A DNA stretch of 11,424 bases from Fibrobacteria bacterium (GTDB lineage Bacteria; Fibrobacterota; Fibrobacteria; UBA11236). Both the position numbers and the translations under genes were made by a program. Positions 1 through 6,314 of the stretch are shown in pieces; the stretch's first letter is position 1, and the number at the start of each line of letters is the position of its first letter. A model generated the notes under the pieces. The model had not been told where the DNA came from, did no database searches, and saw only the letters and a list, made by a program, of their open reading frames with translations. The stretch covers positions 1 through 11,424 of the forward strand of contig JBJHDK010000067.1 of NCBI GenBank assembly GCA_050486505.1, written 5' to 3'.

Positions 1-1812
1 GGTTTGGGAACGGCAGGCGTCCACGCGCAAACGACCACGCTTGATCTCTCGATCTTTCCCGACAGTGTCTATCAGACGATGGATAACTTCGGAACCTCCG
101 CGGCGTTCGAGCTCAACGAAATCACCGAGGACTGGGAGGAGGCCAACCTTGATCCTCTCGCCGAAGTGCTCTTCAGCAAGGAATTCAACGAAGACGGAAC
201 CCTGAAGGGGATCGGGCTGTCGGGTTTTCGTGTCGAAATCGGGGCGTGCTCTTACGGGCAGGGGAGCGCCAGCCAGATCAGCCGCCTCACTGCACGCTCG
301 AAGTGCCCGCTCCGCAGCGATGGAACCTACGACTGGCCGGAGATGGACGCTGAGCTCTTCTGGGCCCGCAAGGCGCATGAATACGGGATCAGGACGCTGA
401 TTGCATATTCCAACTCCCCGCCGATCTACCACACGCGCAACGGTCTTGCCTGCAGAACCATGACCCAGTTCCAGTCGAACCTGCGCCCCGACGCGTATGA
501 TGACTTCGCGCAATACCTTGCGAACATCGCGTTCTACTTCGACAGCCTCGGGGTTCCCCTGAGCTACATCAGCCCCATCAACGAGCCCCAGTGGGAGTGG
601 ACCTGCAGCACGCAGGAGGGGACGCAGTGGAGCTCTGCAGAAATTCGCGATATGGTGGTCGCCATGCAGGCTGCGTTCGACGCGCGGCAGGTACAGCGCA
701 CCAAGGTGACCATCACCGAAGCCGGGCAGATCGATTACATCTACGGGAACATGGGTGGGGGACTCCTGTCGGCCCAACTGCGCTATTGGGACCCTGCGAG
801 CCCTCTCTACATCGGCAACCTGCCGGTGCTGGCCCCCGTGATTGCCGGTCACAGCTACTGGACGGACAACACGGACAGCCGCCTCCTGTCTACGCGGAGC
901 AATCTGGCGAATGCGGTGCGGGGAACCAGGCAGCACCACCCCATCAGCTGGTGGCAAACGGAGTACAGCTTCCTCGGAACGGGGTGGCAGGACCTCGGCA
1001 GCAACCCGACGAACCATGAACTCGGCCTGTTCATGGCAAAGGTTATCCACACGGACCTCGTGTACGGAAACGCCGCCGCCTGGCAGTTCTGGGAGACTTT
1101 CGAATCCACCACGGGGCGGCCGCGTTATCGTCTGGTGCAGGTCAATCGTTCCAACCAGGCAATCACGGCAAGGGAAAAAACCTACTGGGCGCTGGGTCAC
1201 TACAGCCGTTTCATTCGGCCAGGAATGCGACGCATGCACGTGGAGCGCCACGATGCATTGACCGTACTTGAAACCGTTCGCGACGTCATGCCGACCGCAT
1301 TCCACGACCCAGTGACGGGAAACATGACCGTCGTTCTCGTCAACTACAGAACGACTGCTGCGCCCATCAGGTTCGCCATTGCAGGGGTTCCGGATTCGAC
1401 AACGGTGATCCCCTATCTTAGCACGCCAACACTCGACATGGTTCCCCAAGACACATTTTCACTCGGCAATGGGTACGAGATGCCTGCGCGCTCGATCGTC
1501 ACCTTGGTTTTCGGCACAGACATCGCGCCATCGTCGTTGCATCAGGGCAGGTCGGGACATCAGTCACCCGGTGCAGGCGCCCGGCAGGATTTCGAGATTC
1601 GCAGGGTCCACGAAGGCGCGTATCGCCTCCGTTTCGCGGAATCATCTTCAAACCGCCGTTATACGATTGTGGATCTGAAGGGACGTCCAGTTGCGCATGG
1701 AGTGGCGAGGGCGGGGGAGTCCAGGGAGTTGCGGCTTGGTTCGGGGATCTACTTCCTCAAGTTCGACGGTGTTCCCGGCACCACGGCAGGTGCTCGCCTA
1801 TTACTGCTTTAA
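1..1812 (+). CDS. Secreted glycoside hydrolase family 30 (clan GH-A; resembles the beta-1,6-galactanase/xylanase-like subfamilies) with C-terminal T9SS-like sorting tail; 5'-truncated
   Basis: Frame is open from base 1. 'VHA|Q' looks like a signal-peptide cleavage site. GH30 motifs: YQTMDNFG, GIGLSGFRVEIG, YSNSPP, SPINEP (acid/base Glu, codon 583-585), WQTEYS (nucleophile Glu, 961-963), YSRFIRPG. The C-terminal 'YTIVDLKGRPV...GSGIYFLKF' resembles a Por/T9SS secretion tail. Confidence 0.88.
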   Translation, partial: GLGTAGVHAQTTTLDLSIFPDSVYQTMDNFGTSAAFELNEITEDWEEANLDPLAEVLFSKEFNEDGTLKGIGLSGFRVEIGACSYGQGSASQISRLTARSKCPLRSDGTYDWPEMDAELFWARKAHEYGIRTLIAYSNSPPIYHTRNGLACRTMTQFQSNLRPDAYDDFAQYLANIAFYFDSLGVPLSYISPINEPQWEWTCSTQEGTQWSSAEIRDMVVAMQAAFDARQVQRTKVTITEAGQIDYIYGNMGGGLLSAQLRYWDPASPLYIGNLPVLAPVIAGHSYWTDNTDSRLLSTRSNLANAVRGTRQHHPISWWQTEYSFLGTGWQDLGSNPTNHELGLFMAKVIHTDLVYGNAAAWQFWETFESTTGRPRYRLVQVNRSNQAITAREKTYWALGHYSRFIRPGMRRMHVERHDALTVLETVRDVMPTAFHDPVTGNMTVVLVNYRTTAAPIRFAIAGVPDSTTVIPYLSTPTLDMVPQDTFSLGNGYEMPARSIVTLVFGTDIAPSSLHQGRSGHQSPGAGARQDFEIRRVHEGAYRLRFAESSSNRRYTIVDLKGRPVAHGVARAGESRELRLGSGIYFLKFDGVPGTTAGARLLLL

Positions 1813-1855
1813 ACGTCCTGCGCTGCTGCGCCCCGACGCAACTCATCCTGTCCGC

Positions 1856-1893
1856 GTCAGCATCCACAACATGCAGACGTTGTGGATGCTGAC
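1856..1893. repeat. Perfect 15-bp inverted repeat (hairpin) downstream of the GH30 gene
   Basis: GTCAGCATCCACAAC (1856-1870) and GTTGTGGATGCTGAC (1879-1893) with an 8-nt loop. No U-tract on either side. Confidence 0.85.
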
Positions 1894-1940
1894 CTGAGCG
1901 ACCATTCGCCGCCTCCGTTGGATGACCGCAAACGATGCCG

Positions 1941-1980
1941 GGCTTGCTGTCGTCGGCCTCCCCAAAGCCGCGCGCAAGCC
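1941..1980. repeat. Imperfect hairpin immediately left of the dif-like site
   Basis: GGCTTGC (1941-1947) pairs with GCAAGCC (1974-1980); inner CGGC (1954-1957) pairs with GCCG (1967-1970). Confidence 0.45.
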
Positions 1981-1988
1981 AGGAATAT

Positions 1989-2016
1989 TATTCGCATAAG
2001 TAATATTATGTAAACC
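1989..2016 (+). other. dif: dif-like XerCD recombination site (chromosome dimer resolution site)
   Basis: TATTCGCATAA-GTAATA-TTATGTAAACC has the 11-6-11 layout with the inner CATAA/TTATG palindrome. Each arm matches E. coli dif (GGTGCGCATAA-TGTATA-TTATGTTAAAT) at 8/11. It lies in an AT-rich intergenic patch of a GC-rich genome. Confidence 0.8.
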
Positions 2017-2050
2017 TGATGCGGTGATTGGAATTGGGCAAACTCTTCGT

Positions 2051-2073
2051 CCGAATCAGGGTTACATAATATT
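2051..2073 (-). repeat. Inverted copy of the XerD side of the dif-like site
   Basis: 2051-2073 is the reverse complement of 2002-2024 at 21/23 positions. It includes a second XerD-type arm, TTATGTAACCC (minus strand, 2069-2059). The loop is 26 nt. Confidence 0.85.
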
Positions 2074-2148
2074 GAGTTCTTGGTAACAAAAGAATATTCC
2101 GGTAGTTATGGATGTCATGGCGGATCATTGGTGAAGCTCGCGCGTACC

Positions 2149-2362
2149 CTGAGAGGGTTTCTGAGCGGCTGGTGACTCGGTCCGAAGGCTCCAAGCGGTT
2201 CAGGTTCGGAGTTTCCGACGGACAGCGGTCGTGATGTAGCCATCCGGCCGATCGGGGGCGCTGCTGGACTCTGTGTGGGTAGCGTCGGCTCGATCGCCGC
2301 GACGCGGCGCGGTGTCGATCCCTCGTCCTTCGTAGCCGCCAAGCCCTCTGAGTCACTTTTTT
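2149..2362 (+). ncRNA. Candidate ~200-nt structured non-coding element (ncRNA or folded ssDNA), unassigned
   Basis: Nested pairings 2152-2160/2341-2349, 2165-2171/2333-2339, 2183-2188/2327-2332 and 2215-2220/2283-2288. G-U pairs favour the + strand. A T6 tract follows at 2357-2362. No credible ORF overlaps it. Confidence 0.4.
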
Positions 2363-2372
2363 GCATTATTCG

Positions 2373-2400
2373 TATACACACCTGACTCATGTTGTGTATA
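2373..2400. promoter_or_regulatory. Operator-like inverted repeat in the putative promoter of the RHH gene
   Basis: TATACACA (2373-2380)-N12-TGTGTATA (2393-2400). The right arm overlaps a -10-like TATATT (2397-2402), about 60 bp upstream of the ATG at 2460. Confidence 0.5.
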
Positions 2401-2459
2401 TTGTGTCTGTCATCAGCGATTCCGGCACGTCGGGATCCGCTTTCGTTTCGAGGTATCGC

Positions 2460-2663
2460 ATGGAAGTTGTCCAGTCTGCAAAGTCCGTAAAAAAACGCCG
2501 TAATGTGTACATGGGCCAGGAGTATCTCGACCTGGAGGCGATTGCAGTGCAGGAGCGCAAGCGCACCGGCAAGGACATCACCGTTTCCGACCTGATCCGG
2601 AAGGCGTGCAAGGATTACGCGAGCGGTTACTGGCGGAGCGTCGCGACAGGAAAACCCGACTGA
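2460..2663 (+). CDS. Small ribbon-helix-helix (CopG/Arc/MetJ-like) DNA-binding protein, 67 aa
   Basis: ATG at 2460 is preceded by SD-like GAGGT (2450-2454). The sequence follows the RHH pattern: beta-strand KRRNVYM, helix A (EYLDLEAIAVQERKR), turn TGKDIT, helix B (VSDLIRKACKDY). Confidence 0.75.
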   Translation: MEVVQSAKSVKKRRNVYMGQEYLDLEAIAVQERKRTGKDITVSDLIRKACKDYASGYWRSVATGKPD

Positions 2664-2716
2664 AGCGTTCAAGGCCCCCTCTTCCCCCTCCCTGAAGTAT
2701 CACGCAGAGGCCCCCC

Positions 2717-4231
2717 ATCTTCTCCTACGCGGAAACCCACTTCAAGTTCAGGCTGCCCTGGTCGCCCCTGCACAAGCCGTGGCCGGAAATCTTCCTGGAC
2801 GCGCCGCACCAGCTCCTCCCCGGCAAGGCGCTGACCGTTTGGCTCCTCGTGAAGGACGCGGACCTCTACCCTGTCCGCGTTGCATCGGTGCGACTGCGCG
2901 CGTGGGATGATTCGGGAGCAACGCGCGAGGAAAGCTTCGAGTTGCAGGCGATTTGCGAAACGAACCTTCGTCATTTCGCATTGCCATTCGATCCGGGCGA
3001 TCTGCGCGGACATATCAGGATTTCAGGGACGATCACGGTGGAGAACGGCGCAGGCAAGGCCCATGTGATCGAGAACCACAATTATCCGGGCCTCGCCCCC
3101 ACCCCGCTCGAGGTGTTGCGCCTGGAATCCTCCCTTCCCTATCCACGGGAGTGGCTGGCCGGCGAGATGCACTGCCACAGCGAGTTTTCGTCGGACCCCG
3201 TCGAATTCGGAGCGCCGCTCCCGATCATGCAGGAAGCCGGTTCCGTTGCAGGCCTGGACTTTGTGCTGTGCACGGATCATTCCTACGACTTTTACTACCG
3301 GCGCGACCGCTACATGGATCCATGCGAACCGGAGGAAAACTTTTCGGAATATCGTTCCCAGGTTGCATCGCTCAATGCAAGCCACCCGGACAAATCGCTT
3401 CTCATCGCGGGCGAGGAAGTTTCCTGCGGAAACCATCTTGGAGAGAACGTGCATATGCTTGTCTTCGGGCACCCCGGATTTTTGCCGGGCCAGGGGGATG
3501 GCGGTCGTCGTGGACTGAAAAACATTCCCGACATGTCGATCGCGGAAGTGCTCGAAAGAATCGGCGACGTCCCGGCATTTGCGGCGCACCCCAAGGCCAG
3601 GATCGGATGGCTGGAGCGCAAGATCTTTCGCCGAGGCGCTTGGCACGCGCAAGACCTCTCCCCTTCTGGCCGTTCGATTCGGGGGCTGCAGTTCTGGAAC
3701 GGCAATTTGGGGGGAGACTACCGGGACGGCAAGGCGTTTTGGGTGCAGCAGTTGCTTCGTGGGGGGCGCTTCCTCCCCATTGGTGCAAACGATGCGCACG
3801 GCGATCTGAACCGCAATACTGGGGTAAGGTGGCCGCTGTTGCGGCTGAAACAGGGCCGAAGCCATGTCTTCGGCCGCGTTCGTACCGTGGTTCCGGCGGC
3901 AGCCCGGGACCTGCCCTCGCTGCAGGCGGCATTTCGGGCCGAGCGTTGCACCTGCACCGACGGACCCTTCGCCGAGGTTGGCCGCGAAGACGGCGGGTTG
4001 CGCGTGGCCGCCTTCAGCACCCCGGACTACGGTGCCATCGTGTCGGTGCGCCTTTTGGGGGCAGAAACCGGCGAGGCGGAGGAGCGGATCGTGGCGGAGT
4101 GGGCCTTCGCAAACGGACCCATGCACTTCGAAGAACGTCTGAACGTCCCCGTGAAAAACGGGTATGTGCGTCTCGAAACCGTGACCTTGAAGGGGCGGCG
4201 GGCTCTCACTTCGGCGGAGTTTCTACCTTGA
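2717..4231 (+). CDS. PHP-domain (CehA/McbA-like) metal-dependent phosphoesterase/hydrolase; start uncertain (ATC 2717 proposed, first canonical start GTG 2849)
   Basis: PHP metal-ligand motifs WLAGEMHCHSEFSSD, GLDFVLCTDHS, GEEVS...HMLVFG, FAAHP and IGANDAH. The frame is open back to a TGA at 2693 and encodes protein-like FSYAETHFKFRLPWSPLHKPWPEIFLDAP upstream of 2849. Confidence 0.8.
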   Translation: MFSYAETHFKFRLPWSPLHKPWPEIFLDAPHQLLPGKALTVWLLVKDADLYPVRVASVRLRAWDDSGATREESFELQAICETNLRHFALPFDPGDLRGHIRISGTITVENGAGKAHVIENHNYPGLAPTPLEVLRLESSLPYPREWLAGEMHCHSEFSSDPVEFGAPLPIMQEAGSVAGLDFVLCTDHSYDFYYRRDRYMDPCEPEENFSEYRSQVASLNASHPDKSLLIAGEEVSCGNHLGENVHMLVFGHPGFLPGQGDGGRRGLKNIPDMSIAEVLERIGDVPAFAAHPKARIGWLERKIFRRGAWHAQDLSPSGRSIRGLQFWNGNLGGDYRDGKAFWVQQLLRGGRFLPIGANDAHGDLNRNTGVRWPLLRLKQGRSHVFGRVRTVVPAAARDLPSLQAAFRAERCTCTDGPFAEVGREDGGLRVAAFSTPDYGAIVSVRLLGAETGEAEERIVAEWAFANGPMHFEERLNVPVKNGYVRLETVTLKGRRALTSAEFLP

Positions 4232-4241
4232 GGAAGACGTG

Positions 4242-4838
4242 ATGCCGCGGAAAAACACCATCAAACGGGCTTTCGGGATGACTTTCATCGCATCCCTTGC
4301 GCTGCTGTCCGCCTGCGGCGACGTGCGCGTGCGCGAATTCAGTGCCGCACGCTGGGTGGAGCCAGGCGAAAGCATCATCTATCTCGAGCAATACTTCACG
4401 ATTTCCGGGAGCGGAGGCAGCATCGGCCGTCCGGAGACCACCACCTACCCCCAAAGCCGTGTCCGCTTGTATCTCATGGAAGCCGGAGCCGACGGCCTGG
4501 GTGCCCGTTCTTTGTTGTTCTCCTCCGAGGACATGGTTCCTTGCGGTGAGCTCATGTATGATCCCGCCGATTCACTGGTGTCGTTCTCGTACCTCCCGCT
4601 CAAGGACGAGAACGGAAGGTGGCGCCACGTGTGCCCCGGCAATCTTGAACGAAAGCTCATACTCGGAAAACTTTCGGGTGGCAGCCTTCTGCCCTACCCC
4701 GAAACGCAGGTCGACTCCTCCCTTTTTCTGAAAGAGCTTCGGGACTATCGGGATACTGCCGATTCATGGATCGTGATCGACTCCGCATACGAGCGCCTGT
4801 GCGTGTACCAGCACTGTCGTCGTTCCTCCGAGCGTTGA
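4242..4838 (+). CDS. Putative lipoprotein of unknown function
   Basis: SD GAGGA at 4230-4234. Basic N-region (RKNTIKR), hydrophobic stretch and lipobox LSA|C. It sits tightly between co-directional genes. The start could be GTG 4239. Confidence 0.7.
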   Translation: MPRKNTIKRAFGMTFIASLALLSACGDVRVREFSAARWVEPGESIIYLEQYFTISGSGGSIGRPETTTYPQSRVRLYLMEAGADGLGARSLLFSSEDMVPCGELMYDPADSLVSFSYLPLKDENGRWRHVCPGNLERKLILGKLSGGSLLPYPETQVDSSLFLKELRDYRDTADSWIVIDSAYERLCVYQHCRRSSER

Positions 4839-4841
4839 GCC

Positions 4842-6014
4842 GTGCCCGGCGATCTTATATTCTGGCTCACCGCCGCGTTTCTTTGCATCACCCTTCTCTA
4901 TCTGCTGCTTGACCTGCGTCTGATCGCGGGGCTTTCCCGTTTTTCAGCTTCCGGACGGAGCGAAGAAGGCGCACCGATGCCCCCTTCCATTACCGTGTTG
5001 GTTGCGGCGCGCGACGAGGAAGCGAATCTTCCCGCGACGCTTGATGCCTTGTTGGCGCAGGACTATCCCGTCGGCAAAATGCAGATCGTCGTTGCAAACG
5101 ACCGTTCCCGCGACGGGACGGCGGCTGTCTTGCGCGAATACGCGGCACGTCACCCCGACCGTCTTGCCTGGATCGATGTGACGGAAGTTCCTCCCGGCAT
5201 CAGTCCGAAGAAGAACGCCCTGCGAACCGGGCTAGGCAGCGCGCGCGGGGAGTGGATTGCCGTGACCGATGCGGACTGCGTCATGGGGCCTGGCTGGCTG
5301 AATGGCCTCTCCCGCCACTTCTCCCCCGAAACCGGGATGGTTCTCGGGCTCACCACCTACGCGGAACCCCGTCGCGGGTTCACGTCCGCGGAGGGCGTGC
5401 GTGCGTTGGAATTCGCATCGTACGGTATCGTCTCGGCCGCGCTTGTCGGTCTCGGCTTCCCTGTGATCGCCAACGCGAACAACCTCGCGTATCGCCGCCA
5501 AGCTTTCGAGGAAGCCGGCGGATTCGAGCGCCATGCAGGCATTGTGAGCGGCGATGACGACTTCACCTTGCAGGAGATTCATGCAACGGGGCGCTGGAAG
5601 ACGCGTTTCAGCGTCGGGGCGGAGACCTTGGTGCGCACCCAGGCGCCGCTCACGTGGGAGCAGTTTTGGGAGCAGCGCAAGCGATGGGCCAGCAAATGCC
5701 TGGCGTATCGCCCGGCGCAAGTGCTCTTTCTGGCGATGATCTTCGCTTTTTACGTCTCCATCCCGCTTCTGCTGCTGGCCGGATTCTGGAGCGCAACCGC
5801 AGGTCTGCTGGGCTTGCTGGCGCTCGCAGTCAAGACCGGTGCGGATTTTCTCGTGATGCGCAAGGGGCTTTCCTTGTTCGGCCTGTCTCCCCTGCTCAGG
5901 CATTTTCCGGGAACCGCGCTCCTCCAGATTCCCCTGATCCTTGCGGCTGTCCTCGCCGGGACATCGGGAAGCTTTACCTGGAAGGGTCAACAGATGTCAC
6001 GCAAAGCCAGGTGA
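4842..6014 (+). CDS. Membrane-bound family 2 glycosyltransferase (D,D,D,QxxRW type)
   Basis: N-terminal TM helix; ITVLVAARDEE, NDRSRDGT, TDADC (DxD), SGDDD, QRKRW; C-terminal TM helices ending in FTWKG. Confidence 0.92.
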   Translation: MPGDLIFWLTAAFLCITLLYLLLDLRLIAGLSRFSASGRSEEGAPMPPSITVLVAARDEEANLPATLDALLAQDYPVGKMQIVVANDRSRDGTAAVLREYAARHPDRLAWIDVTEVPPGISPKKNALRTGLGSARGEWIAVTDADCVMGPGWLNGLSRHFSPETGMVLGLTTYAEPRRGFTSAEGVRALEFASYGIVSAALVGLGFPVIANANNLAYRRQAFEEAGGFERHAGIVSGDDDFTLQEIHATGRWKTRFSVGAETLVRTQAPLTWEQFWEQRKRWASKCLAYRPAQVLFLAMIFAFYVSIPLLLLAGFWSATAGLLGLLALAVKTGADFLVMRKGLSLFGLSPLLRHFPGTALLQIPLILAAVLAGTSGSFTWKGQQMSRKAR

Positions 6015-6032
6015 AAAGGCTTCTTGCGGAGA

Positions 6033-6314
6033 TTATCTCGGGTTGTAGTTGTTCATCAGAACCATCATTACCCCTAGTGTCGTCATGATGGCCGAACCGG
6101 TGATGATTTGTTCCCTGTGGTTGAAATGGTGGCGAACCACGCGGGCCGTATCGGCCCTTGAAAGCGTGGGGGACGCGGTGTCGGCGAGCACGGTGTCAGG
6201 GGCGGCGGTGGCGGGTGGCGGGATTGGCGTCAGGGGTTGGGCGGAAGCGCACGAAGTCGCGAGGAGGAATGCGGCAACGCCGCAACGGAAAACTTCGCCC
6301 GCAACCCTGTTCAT
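6033..6314 (-). CDS. Small exported/membrane-anchored hypothetical protein (93 aa) translationally coupled to gatB
   Basis: ATGA overlap with the gatB stop (6311-6314). Signal peptide ending ASA|Q, Pro/Thr/Ala linker, C-terminal hydrophobic helix and NNYNPR tail. It fills the gap between gatB and the GT2 gene. Confidence 0.7.
   Translation of the reverse strand: MNRVAGEVFRCGVAAFLLATSCASAQPLTPIPPPATAAPDTVLADTASPTLSRADTARVVRHHFNHREQIITGSAIMTTLGVMMVLMNNYNPR

Noticed and set aside
2030..2065. GGGCAAACTC resembling the start of a c-di-GMP-I riboswitch
   Set aside because: No GNRA-capped stem or downstream GACGCAAAGC motif; the segment is mostly the loop of the dif hairpin.
2254..2341. GGGGGCG...GCCA resembling tmRNA or tRNA-Sec ends
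   Set aside because: No GGATTCGAC, no proper T-arm, no UCA anticodon arm, and too short for tmRNA.
2384..2411. TGTATA-TTGTGT resembling a second dif spacer plus XerD arm
   Set aside because: The left arm lacks CATAA and the right arm decays after 6 nt; better explained as the operator/promoter palindrome. Not fully excluded as a degenerate att site.
1813..2459. CRISPR array or oriC in the AT-rich intergenic region
   Set aside because: No regularly spaced direct repeats and no cluster of DnaA boxes seen; the repeated AATATT words are explained by the dif-like site and its inverted copy.
2006..2672. Minus-strand ORFs 2006-2356, 2115-2672 and 2387-2611
   Set aside because: No recognisable motifs; they are low-complexity or antisense to the RHH gene and run across the structured elements.
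2953..4242. Long alternative-frame ORFs (429 aa on +, 367 aa on -) and similar shadow ORFs over GT2, gatB, cysG and metG
   Set aside because: Arg/Gly/Pro-rich or antisense shadows typical of high-GC coding DNA, overlapping well-supported genes.
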